Source: an uncultured Actinomycetota bacterium
GTDB lineage: Bacteria > Actinomycetota > Actinomycetes > S36-B12 > UBA5976
Direction: 5' to 3'
Assembly (NCBI GenBank): GCA_963784905.1
Contig: CAWATP010000009.1
Span: 54,279 to 118,278, forward strand
DNA: 64,000 nt
Below the pieces are notes generated by a model. It was not told the origin of the DNA. It saw nothing but the letters and a program-made list of their open reading frames with translations, and ran no database searches. A program made the translations under genes and the position numbers. Positions 19,144 to 26,918 of this stretch are shown piece by piece. Each line of letters begins with the position of its first letter. Within the stretch, counting starts at the first letter, position 1.

Positions 19144-19499
19144 GAACACGGAACTTCGTGAAACTCCCGATCATGATTTTCGAAGACACCCGCGCCATCA
19201 GGGCCGGTGAGCAAGCCATGCATCTGTGGGTGTCGATGTGGTCGCGCAGCTTCACGATGGAATCTGACGGATGTTGGGAAGACGTCCAGGTGAGTCGGCT
19301 CAACGTGCCCAATTGGGACAAGCGGCTCGATGCGCTCATCGAGCAAAAGTTGGTGGCGCAGGTGAGTGACGGCGTCTTCCAGCTCATTGATTGGCTGCTG
19401 TACCACGAGTCGGTGAAGGAACGCGGTGCGCGCCTGGAGAAGGAGCGTGAGCGCAAGCGCCTCGCAGCATTGCAAAAGGAGAAGAAACACAGCGCCTAA
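19140..19499 (+). CDS. Putative replication initiator (phage replisome-organiser N-terminal-like wHTH)
   Basis: FVKL...A..LW...DG...L...L...DG.F...DW..Y.S followed by a RERKR helix. Confidence 0.6.
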   Translation: MRTRNFVKLPIMIFEDTRAIRAGEQAMHLWVSMWSRSFTMESDGCWEDVQVSRLNVPNWDKRLDALIEQKLVAQVSDGVFQLIDWLLYHESVKERGARLEKERERKRLAALQKEKKHSA

Positions 19500-19640
19500 C
19501 GCTTTCCGCGCGGAAAGCGCGCGGAAGCCCCCCGGAATCCTGACGGAGTCCGGGGGGCTTCCTTTTGGAAGACGTTCACCCTTCCTCGCGGAAGCCGAGC
19601 GGATGCCGCGCGCAGATAGAGAGATAGAGAGAGAGAAATG
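19500..19640. other. Candidate replication origin
   Basis: 20-bp perfect palindrome 19500-19519; (C/T)GGA cores at 19511, 19522, 19533, 19544, 19566, 19589 and 19600; 14-bp-stem hairpin 19523-19562; purine run 19614-19638. Confidence 0.55.
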
Positions 19641-19809
19641 CTCCGCGCCGCGCCCCCGCGTGGCCGCGGTGAATCGCGGCGCGTCGCAGCGGGCGCGATT
19701 CAGCGCGGGCGCGTCGTGGCGTGCGTCTGCGAGGTGAATTTGATGGGGTGAAAGAGGTTCGGCCCCTGGAGGCTGGAGCTTTCCAGGGGCCGAAGGTGTG
19801 CGGGTTCGC

Positions 19810-20058
19810 CTACTCGGGGTCGAAGCCCAGGGCGTGCACGGCGTCGGCCTGCCGCTCGATGGTCTTGCGCACGATGATGCGATGCACCAACGACGGGTGC
19901 AGATCGGTGGCCCTGGCGATGTAGCGCATGCCCAGGCCTTCGGCGTCCGCGTCAGCAATAGCCTCGTCACGCACCGCCAGGGCGGCATCGACGTGGGCGT
20001 GTGCCTCACGAGCTGCGGCAGCGAGCCGGGCGAGCCGTTCACGCATGAAATCCGCCAC
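19810..20058 (-). CDS. Small HTH transcriptional regulator
   Basis: RDEAIADADAEGLGMRYIARATDLHPSLVHRII; GAAGGGA RBS before GTG. Confidence 0.75.
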   Translation of the reverse strand: MADFMRERLARLAAAAREAHAHVDAALAVRDEAIADADAEGLGMRYIARATDLHPSLVHRIIVRKTIERQADAVHALGFDPE

Positions 20059-20179
20059 GGAAATCCCTTCGTTGTGAGGAAACCCTAGCAGAAAGATGAC
20101 ACTTTCCTCATGTTGTGGGGTATGGTGTTCACATCCGCAATCCGCGCGGTGTTCACCACAGTCAACAGGGAGACGGGTT

Positions 20180-20629
20180 ATGGGCCTCGCAGTTCGCGGC
20201 ACCTGCCCCAAGTGCCAACGGGTCTATGACACCGAGGCACCAGCCCGCCGCTCGACTCGCCGTTTCACCTGCGCCACCGACGGCTGTGACGGCGACGTCC
20301 TGGCCCGCCGCATCAAAGGCAACGACCCCGCACCGGCGCCCCTGGCTGCTGAACCCAACCCCGCCGGCCGACGACGAAAGAAGGCACTCCGTGTCGATGG
20401 ATACGCCCGACAGCCCCGACACTCTGAGCCCGGACCAAGCCCCGAGCTTCCTGGTGGCGTTGCCGAACCTGGCACCCAAACGCCCCCACCGCCCCCTGGA
20501 CGAGACCCCGAACCTGCCCCCGTCGTCGAACCCCGACAGCCCCACGGTGAGCCCGCCGCCGAGCGACCTCGACGACGAGCCGAGCGAGTACGACGAGCCG
20601 GCGTCACCCCGTACGACGACCTCTACTAG
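20180..20629 (+). CDS. Zn-ribbon protein with Pro/Arg-rich tail
   Basis: GGGAG RBS; CPKC...CATDGC; overlaps the next ORF. Confidence 0.55.
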   Translation: MGLAVRGTCPKCQRVYDTEAPARRSTRRFTCATDGCDGDVLARRIKGNDPAPAPLAAEPNPAGRRRKKALRVDGYARQPRHSEPGPSPELPGGVAEPGTQTPPPPPGRDPEPAPVVEPRQPHGEPAAERPRRRAERVRRAGVTPYDDLY

Positions 20630-20948
20630 GCGCAAGCCCGGCGGTGACCCGCGTGAGGTTGCCATGGTCCTGGGCGGCCTCCTGGTGCTGCTCACCGGCA
20701 CCCTGGCGTTGCTCGCCAACCAACGCGGCCGCACCTTCCGGCAACCCACCATTCGGCAACGTGATGACATCGCCCAACCGTTGGCACGGATCGCGGTGCG
20801 GCATCTGCCGCTTGATGCCCTGGGCCCCGACCTGGCTGACGCCACCATGGCCGCCGTCGCCCTCCACGCCTACGTCATGGCCGGGCCCCTCACCCCACCG
20901 ATCAGCGCCGACAGCCCTGCCGGCGACTTCAACAACCACCAGGAGTAA
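20391..20948 (+). CDS. Viral membrane protein with acidic Pro-rich N-terminus (possible assembly factor)
   Basis: AAGAAGG RBS; two hydrophobic segments; ends just before the RBS of the next gene. Confidence 0.65.
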   Translation: MSMDTPDSPDTLSPDQAPSFLVALPNLAPKRPHRPLDETPNLPPSSNPDSPTVSPPPSDLDDEPSEYDEPASPRTTTSTRRKPGGDPREVAMVLGGLLVLLTGTLALLANQRGRTFRQPTIRQRDDIAQPLARIAVRHLPLDALGPDLADATMAAVALHAYVMAGPLTPPISADSPAGDFNNHQE

Positions 20949-20952
20949 ACCC

Positions 20953-21342
20953 ATGCTCGACAAGCTCCGCGCCCTGTTCGATGGCAAGACCACCACGCGC
21001 CTCGTGCTCGCCGGAGTTGCCATCGTCTGGGGCATTCAGACCATCACCGACACCATCCGCGACATGGAAGCCCACGCCGACGAGCTCGCCGAACTCATCG
21101 CCCTGCGTGAGCTGACCCTGGCCTCGCTCGACGTCGAGCTGCGAAACGTTGACGGCGTGCAGTTCACGTTCTCCGGTATCAGTGACGACACCCACCCGGC
21201 AGGTCAGGGCCGCACCGTGCCGCCGTCGCCATTCATCAACCACGACACCCATGACATCGACGTCACGGACAACGACGAGTCGGTGGCCGAGTTCAATGCC
21301 ACCCGAGGCAACACCGCCGGCGCAAACGGGCTTGTGCCATGA
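20953..21342 (+). CDS. Viral membrane-anchored coiled-coil protein
   Basis: AGGAG RBS; TM segment then an acidic helix. Confidence 0.7.
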   Translation: MLDKLRALFDGKTTTRLVLAGVAIVWGIQTITDTIRDMEAHADELAELIALRELTLASLDVELRNVDGVQFTFSGISDDTHPAGQGRTVPPSPFINHDTHDIDVTDNDESVAEFNATRGNTAGANGLVP

Positions 21343-21821
21343 CCGGCACACCCAACCCGTCGCGGGTCATCTTTCGCGGCTTCAAGTTCGACCGCCGCAC
21401 TGTCGCCATGATCGAGTGGGCCGAACGTAAAGCCGGCTTCAAGTTCGTCATCACCCAAGGCTCCTACTCGACCGGCGTGAGGGTGTCCGGTGGCACCCAC
21501 AACGGTGGTGGCGCCGCCGACTTCTCCGTGCGCAACCTCTCCCGCGCCAGCATCGACAAGATGGTGCATGCGCTGCGTGACGCCGGTTTCGCCGCCTGGC
21601 ACCGGCGCGAAATCCCTGGCACCTGGCCCGAGCACTGTCACGCCATCGCCATCGGCTGCCCCGACCTGGCTACTGCCGCTCGAGCCCAGGTCTTGGACTT
21701 CGAGCGCGGGCATGACGGGCTCAAGCAATCACGACCCGACAACACCTACCGGCCCAAGCCCGCGGTCATCTTCGACATGAAGACCTGCAAGCCCATTCAC
21801 CGACTGACGTTTAAGGACTGA
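21339..21821 (+). CDS. Endolysin, Zn-peptidase (M15-like) catalytic domain
   Basis: ITQGSY...SGGTHNGGGAAD...AAWHR...EHCH (Hx6D and HxH ligands) as in actinophage lysin A domains. Confidence 0.8.
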   Translation: MTGTPNPSRVIFRGFKFDRRTVAMIEWAERKAGFKFVITQGSYSTGVRVSGGTHNGGGAADFSVRNLSRASIDKMVHALRDAGFAAWHRREIPGTWPEHCHAIAIGCPDLATAARAQVLDFERGHDGLKQSRPDNTYRPKPAVIFDMKTCKPIHRLTFKD

Positions 21822-21822
21822 T

Positions 21823-22047
21823 ATGAACCGCACCCAACTCGCGGCCGCGGCCAAGAGCTACGGCAAGACCCTCATCATCGCCTGCGCCCTCCTGGCCAAG
21901 GCCGGCGTCACCGACTGGCCCACCTACGCCCTGGCCGTGCTACTCGCCGTGCTCGCGCCTGCCGGCCGCTACCTCGACCCCAACGACCCCACCGTTGGCC
22001 GCGCGCGTGCCGCCGTCACCGAAGCCCAGGCCGCAACCACGCCATGA
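21823..22047 (+). CDS. Putative holin
   Basis: 74 aa, two TMs, RYLDPNDP tail; directly after the endolysin. Confidence 0.7.
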   Translation: MNRTQLAAAAKSYGKTLIIACALLAKAGVTDWPTYALAVLLAVLAPAGRYLDPNDPTVGRARAAVTEAQAATTP

Positions 22048-22808
22048 TCGTTTCCGGCAGCTTCAAGGAAGACGGCTCCATCGACTGGGGTGACGGCAAG
22101 GTCATTGACTGTTTCGGGCAGAAGGGCACCGGCAAGTCGGTCATGGCCAAGTTCGTGGCCGCCACCTATCCCGGTGACCGCATCGTCATCGACGTCGCCG
22201 GCGACGACGGCCCCATGGGCGAAGGCGTCATCGAGCTGCGCGGCGACGCCTCCACGCTGCCCTGGTCGTGGCCGGAGAGCGAACGCAAAGACGGCGAATA
22301 CATGACGGTGCGCTACGTGCCGGACCCCGGCTCGCCGACGTTCCTAGAAGACATGGACGCCGTAGTCGGGCTGGCACTGCGCCACGCCCTCGACCAGTTC
22401 CACAAGGGCCGCCACGGTGCCCTGCTGCTGGTGCACGAAATCGGTGTCGTGGCACCGGAAAACAAGACCCAACCGAACATGATGCGCGCCCTCATGCACA
22501 ACCGTCACAACAGGCTCACCATGGTCATGTGTGGGCCGCGCGCCATGCGCATCAACCCGTTGGTGCGCAGCCAGGCCGACATCATCTACGTGTTTCGCCT
22601 GGCCAACCTCGATGATCGCAAGAAGCTCGCCGAAGCCATCGGGTGGTCCGCCACCGACTTCGCCGAAGAAGTCGACGCCATCAAGGAACAACACGCCTAC
22701 CTGCGCATCGACCTCAAGGAACAGTCCGGGGACGACGCCGAATTCGATCACCGGCTCGTGCACCTGCCGCCGCTGCCGGCCGACGTCGTGAAAGAAGTCA
22801 TGGCATGA
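22044..22808 (+). CDS. FtsK/HerA-superfamily genome-packaging ATPase (P9/A32-like)
   Basis: 254 aa; Walker A GQKGTGKS, IVID strand, Walker B LLLVHE, NRH arginine finger and SQAD...F. Confidence 0.82.
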   Translation: MIVSGSFKEDGSIDWGDGKVIDCFGQKGTGKSVMAKFVAATYPGDRIVIDVAGDDGPMGEGVIELRGDASTLPWSWPESERKDGEYMTVRYVPDPGSPTFLEDMDAVVGLALRHALDQFHKGRHGALLLVHEIGVVAPENKTQPNMMRALMHNRHNRLTMVMCGPRAMRINPLVRSQADIIYVFRLANLDDRKKLAEAIGWSATDFAEEVDAIKEQHAYLRIDLKEQSGDDAEFDHRLVHLPPLPADVVKEVMA

Positions 22809-23002
22809 ACCGCGTACGCGCCTTCCTGACGCCCGAGGGGCACCCTGTCACCGAAATCGAGGGCGCCGGCATCGTCAACGTGTTCTCCGGTGACGGCGTC
22901 ATCGAACTCATCGCCGATTTGCGGACCGCTTGGACTGACGACTTCATGGACGCGGTGCTTGTTTGGAAACTGCGCGAAATCGCCAGAGAGGTCATGACAT
23001 GA
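22805..23002 (+). CDS. Viral hypothetical protein
   Basis: ATGA coupling at both ends. Confidence 0.6.
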   Translation: MNRVRAFLTPEGHPVTEIEGAGIVNVFSGDGVIELIADLRTAWTDDFMDAVLVWKLREIAREVMT

Positions 23003-23319
23003 GCTGCGAACACAATGCCGCGATCATCCACCGTGCCGACGCTGTGTCGCGTTTCCTCGCCACTTGCCCCGACTGCACATCGGTGGCGTCGGTGGGCTTC
23101 CATGAGGTCATGACCCCGATCCTGGGCTGGGACGGGTTCGTTCAAGTCGTCAAGGCGCGACTGTCACAAAACGACGTCACCAGAGCCACGGAGACGCCCG
23201 AACAGGAACCGGCTGGGGCGGTTGATACCGGAGATCGCTCGCACGTCTCAAATTGCGTCTGTGGGCGTTGCGTCGGCGAACGTCGCCGAGTCCGCGGTCT
23301 CGGCCCTCTACCAAACTAA
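22999..23319 (+). CDS. Viral Cys-rich protein
   Basis: CPDC and CVCGRC; coupled ORF. Confidence 0.6.
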   Translation: MSCEHNAAIIHRADAVSRFLATCPDCTSVASVGFHEVMTPILGWDGFVQVVKARLSQNDVTRATETPEQEPAGAVDTGDRSHVSNCVCGRCVGERRRVRGLGPLPN

Positions 23320-23330
23320 GGAGCCAAATC

Positions 23331-23555
23331 ATGGCTAAGAAGCGTTCCCACAACCTGCTGCGCAAGGCCCCCGTGGTGTTGCACGCGTGCCCCGAGTGCC
23401 CGATGCACCAGCCGCGCCCGTTTTGCTCGACCTGCCACGGTCGCGGCCTGCTCACCGAGCTGCAGCTGCGGATCTGGAACAGCAAGCGCATGCTCGACGA
23501 CAACGGCATGGCCAGCGTAGTGAGCAGCGAGTCGCCGCTCGATGAGCTGCTCTAG
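23331..23555 (+). CDS. Small zinc-finger protein (CxxC...CxxCxGxG)
   Basis: AAGGAG RBS; CPEC...CSTCHGRG; stop overlaps the convergent gene. Confidence 0.65.
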   Translation: MAKKRSHNLLRKAPVVLHACPECPMHQPRPFCSTCHGRGLLTELQLRIWNSKRMLDDNGMASVVSSESPLDELL

Positions 23556-24127
23556 TTGTAGGTGGCTTGCAACGCCGACACGTAAAGCTGTTGCGCGCCG
23601 CCCTCCGCGGGCGTGTTCACCTTGAGCTGCAGCGCGGTGGTCGGTGCCACCGTGTTCAGTTGCGCGGTCTTCACGCCGTTGATGGTGTAGGTGGTCTTCC
23701 CGTTGGCGGCGATGTCAATGATGAACGGGATCCACGTGGAGCCTGGCACCGTGCCGGCCGACGTGTACCCGGCGCCGTTGTAGACGGTCACCGCGCCGGA
23801 GCCGTTCATGGCAATGGTGATGCGCGACGAGCCGCCATCAATGCTGATGGAGTCGCCGACGCTCGGCGCCCAGGTCGCACCGATCCAGAAGAAGCCGGTG
23901 ATGGTGACGCCGTTGAATGACGTTCGTCCGGGGCTGAGCGCGGGAATGAGCGGCCACGTGCAGGAGGCGCCGTTGGCGGCGCATGCGATACTGGGGCGCA
24001 TGCCGGCGCTGCTGTAAGTGCCGGTGCCCAGGGTCGGTGGGAACTTTTCACCGCTGATGCACTGCCAGGCGAAATAGTCCACGCCCTCGATGAGCGCGGA
24101 CAGGGTGGCTGGGTTCGAGAACGGCAT
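23552..24127 (-). CDS. Beta-sandwich virion protein (ConA-like; candidate spike/receptor-binding)
   Basis: G/T/S-rich all-beta pattern; last gene of the structural operon. Confidence 0.55.
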   Translation of the reverse strand: MPFSNPATLSALIEGVDYFAWQCISGEKFPPTLGTGTYSSAGMRPSIACAANGASCTWPLIPALSPGRTSFNGVTITGFFWIGATWAPSVGDSISIDGGSSRITIAMNGSGAVTVYNGAGYTSAGTVPGSTWIPFIIDIAANGKTTYTINGVKTAQLNTVAPTTALQLKVNTPAEGGAQQLYVSALQATYN

Positions 24128-24131
24128 GAGC

Positions 24132-24476
24132 TCACCCGCTCGGCGTGAACATGCCGGCAATGCGGATGCCGGCGGTGGCGCCTGGAGTGGCCCCGGACCA
24201 GACGGCGATGATGGTGTCATCGCCACCCATGTGATACACGGTGTTGCTCGTGTCACCGTCGCCGCTCTTGGTCGAGTCCTGTTGGTTGAGCTGCGCCACG
24301 CTGTCGCGATAGATCCGGCACACCGGGTTGCGGGCGGTGTTGCCCGACAAGCTCACCGACGTGGTGTCGATGTCGTAGGTGCCGGCAGGGCCGGGCGTCA
24401 GGCTGATGCTGGCGGTGCCGTCGGCGGCCACGGTCGCGGTCTGTGCTTTCTTCCAGGGGCGTGCAATAGGTGCCAC
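24132..24476 (-). CDS. Small all-beta virion protein (candidate single jelly-roll penton)
   Basis: 114 aa from GTG; alternating beta-strand pattern; size similar to tectiviral pentons. Confidence 0.45.
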   Translation of the reverse strand: MAPIARPWKKAQTATVAADGTASISLTPGPAGTYDIDTTSVSLSGNTARNPVCRIYRDSVAQLNQQDSTKSGDGDTSNTVYHMGGDDTIIAVWSGATPGATAGIRIAGMFTPSG

Positions 24477-24480
24477 GGCG

Positions 24481-24627
24481 TCACCAGGGGAGGAACGGGC
24501 CGAAGATGGCCGGCTTCTTGCGGCCGTGCCCGTCGTACGCGTCATGCAGCACAACGAACCCCGACACAACCAGGACGAGACCCACGATCACGCCTGTGCG
24601 CGAGCTCGCGATGAGTGGACGCTTCAC
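24481..24627 (-). CDS. Small membrane protein (48 aa)
   Basis: Read by hand: MKRPLIASSRTGVIVGLVLVVSGFVVLHDAYDGHGRKKPAIFGPFLPW; GTGA coupling. Confidence 0.6.
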   Translation of the reverse strand: MKRPLIASSRTGVIVGLVLVVSGFVVLHDAYDGHGRKKPAIFGPFLPW

Positions 24628-24836
24628 GGCATGCCTTTCACATCGGCGATGAACTTGCCCTTGGCGTCGATCTCGCCGTCAGCCAGGGCGCCGTCATCCC
24701 ACGCGAAGTAGCAATCGGCGATGTTGTCGCCGGGGCCGGCCAGACTGCCGTCACCCTTGACGATCGCCGGCTCCCCGAGGGCAACACCGTTGACCTTCTT
24801 CGGACTGTTCTGAATCTTCGATCGGACCTTGCCCAT
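24624..24836 (-). CDS. Viral hypothetical protein (70 aa)
   Basis: TAATG coupling to the upstream gene. Confidence 0.6.
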   Translation of the reverse strand: MGKVRSKIQNSPKKVNGVALGEPAIVKGDGSLAGPGDNIADCYFAWDDGALADGEIDAKGKFIADVKGMP

Positions 24837-26242
24837 TACTGGTACCACCTCTGCATTTCGTTGGCTATGGCCGCAAACTCCGTCGCGGTGAGTCGGAACC
24901 GGAACAGTGCCGCCTGGAAGAACTCCATGTCCGCGAAGTAAGAACCCGACGAACGAGAGCCGACGCGCAGTGTGTCGCCGTTAGCGAGACTTCCAACGGT
25001 GGTGTCGGTAGTTCCCAAACTTATAGTCGCACCTGATGCCCAATACAGCTTGTCCGTCCCGGTGTCGCGCATGCCGGCCCAAACGCCAAGTGAACCGGAT
25101 GCTTCCGCCGCGGCTGAATAGGTCAGCGAAGTGTTGGTGCCGTCGGCAACCAAGAAAAGCGGGACGTTGTTAGTTGTTTCCGTTTCGAGCGACCATCCGG
25201 CGCCGGCCCCGGCTCGCTTCGTAAGCATTTTCGCGTAGGAAGTCGGAGTTGCCCAACGCCTGGCTACGAAGACGATCGTGAACGGATCGGCGGCCGCGAA
25301 GTCCAGCAGCACATTGTCACCGACCTCCAGGAAGTCATCGGCGCCGAAGAGCAGGCATGACCGTACGACTGCGACGGCTTTTCTTCCCGAGAGTGCTCGT
25401 GAAATGAGCACGCCCTGCCCCGTCAATGCCGTGAACGAGGTTGCCGCCCCCGTAGTGATCACCGAGGTGTCAACATCCAGCACAGTGGGCCCATCAATGC
25501 CGTTAAGAATCTGCGTCCTGTAGTCCTTGCCAGCGAATGCTCTAGCGCCCCAACCGTAGGCCCCGATGACGATCTTGTTGGTGCCGTTGAATATTGACGT
25601 TGCGCCGACGCCTGTAACCGTCGCTCCGAGCTGGACCCAAGCGACTCCGTCGAAGGAATAGAGGAACGTCAGACTCCAACCACCGGCGCCGTTGTCAACG
25701 TCCAGATTGCACCGAAGGTAGACGGCGGTACCGGCGGCAAAGGGGACTGGAATGGTTGAGATAGCGAGGCGACTTGAGGCGTTTGTGCCCAGTGGCGCCC
25801 AGGTGAACTGAAGTGTTCCGTTGGTGTTGATTGCGAACACGTAGGAGAGATTGCCGTCAGATTCCCACTTTGAAAGGAGCAATTGCTGGGCGCTGGGATT
25901 CCAACTCTCGGCCGCCACGAAACGTCGGAGGTCGATGTCTGAGGTGATGTTGAAATCGGGCGTGCTTGTGACTTGCATATTGTTGCCATCAACGCCGGGC
26001 AGGTAGATGTAGGGCCGCCCGTCGAATCGCAATTGCTTTGGGTCGTTGGTGTCAGGTGACGGGCCGGAGCCCACCTGCGCATCGAGCGCCTGGCCGCCCC
26101 AGCCGAGATTGGTGATCCGTTGGGATCCCGCAGACGGGTGGCCGGCGTCGATCCACCAGACGGCCTGCTTCAGCAGGTTGTCCACTCCGAGGTTGCCGAC
26201 GCACCGGGCGCCGCCGCCGGCACCGATGGGACCTCCGGGCAT
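24836..26242 (-). CDS. LamG/concanavalin-A-like multidomain protein, candidate receptor-binding spike (468 aa)
   Basis: TAATG-coupled start MPGGPIG; two LamG-like units (DIDLR..W..LLSKW; FTIVFVAR...LRVG...ALFRFRLT..E). Confidence 0.7.
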   Translation of the reverse strand: MPGGPIGAGGGARCVGNLGVDNLLKQAVWWIDAGHPSAGSQRITNLGWGGQALDAQVGSGPSPDTNDPKQLRFDGRPYIYLPGVDGNNMQVTSTPDFNITSDIDLRRFVAAESWNPSAQQLLLSKWESDGNLSYVFAINTNGTLQFTWAPLGTNASSRLAISTIPVPFAAGTAVYLRCNLDVDNGAGGWSLTFLYSFDGVAWVQLGATVTGVGATSIFNGTNKIVIGAYGWGARAFAGKDYRTQILNGIDGPTVLDVDTSVITTGAATSFTALTGQGVLISRALSGRKAVAVVRSCLLFGADDFLEVGDNVLLDFAAADPFTIVFVARRWATPTSYAKMLTKRAGAGAGWSLETETTNNVPLFLVADGTNTSLTYSAAAEASGSLGVWAGMRDTGTDKLYWASGATISLGTTDTTVGSLANGDTLRVGSRSSGSYFADMEFFQAALFRFRLTATEFAAIANEMQRWYQ

Positions 26243-26733
26243 TACCTCACCCCGAACGGCGTCATGTCGGTGAAGGCCTGGATACCGACGGATGTCCCCG
26301 CGGTGCCATAGACGGTGAAGGCGTGCGAACCGATAGGGATGGCCAGCCAAGAGTTGTTGGGGATGATCTGCACGCCGTTGCCCTGGGTGGGTGCGACGCC
26401 GCTGGGCTGGGTGCCGGTTTGCACGGTCATGGTGGCGCCGGTGGTGTTGGTGATGACCACGGCCCCGACCTGCGTGTGGTACGAGCACACGAGCACACCG
26501 TCGGCGGGGATGACGCGGGCAACGACTTCGAGCACATTGTTGCTCAGTTGCGAGCGATCGCGTGCGGCCATGCCCGACATGACCGTGGAGAGACGCTTGA
26601 GCTCGTCCAGGGTGGCTTCGGCGACGGCGCGAGCGAGCTCACGGTCGGTGAGTGGGCGAGAGGGCAGGTCGCCGGTGGTGGGGCCTTCGTTGCGCGCAGC
26701 GATTTGACTGTTGCCGGTGTTCATGAGTCCCAT
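26242..26733 (-). CDS. Virion protein with N-terminal helix and beta-rich C-terminus (candidate vertex protein)
   Basis: AGGA RBS; position in the structural operon. Confidence 0.55.
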   Translation of the reverse strand: MGLMNTGNSQIAARNEGPTTGDLPSRPLTDRELARAVAEATLDELKRLSTVMSGMAARDRSQLSNNVLEVVARVIPADGVLVCSYHTQVGAVVITNTTGATMTVQTGTQPSGVAPTQGNGVQIIPNNSWLAIPIGSHAFTVYGTAGTSVGIQAFTDMTPFGVR

Positions 26734-26741
26734 GCTGGTTC

Positions 26742-26918
26742 CTATCCGAGTCCGTTGGCTTTGAGGTAGTAGGCGACGGCGGAGACGCCGACACCGATGA
26801 CGGCGAGCTCGACGCGGCGCAGGCGCCGTTCGTGGTCGGTGAAGGTGATGAAGAAGGTGTCGACCTTCGTGGCGATGGTGATGAGGATGTCGTGGTCACT
26901 GCTGAATTCCGGTGGCAT
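26742..26918 (-). CDS. Small coiled-coil plus TM protein (XhlA/holin-like)
   Basis: TGATG coupling; KVD...DHERRLRRVE followed by a TM. Confidence 0.6.
   Translation of the reverse strand: MPPEFSSDHDILITIATKVDTFFITFTDHERRLRRVELAVIGVGVSAVAYYLKANGLG

Noticed and set aside
22044-22808. ATPase as the TraB/FtsK translocase of an actinomycete integrative conjugative element
   Set aside because: Only 254 aa with no TM or wHTH domain, and it co-occurs with capsid and lysis genes
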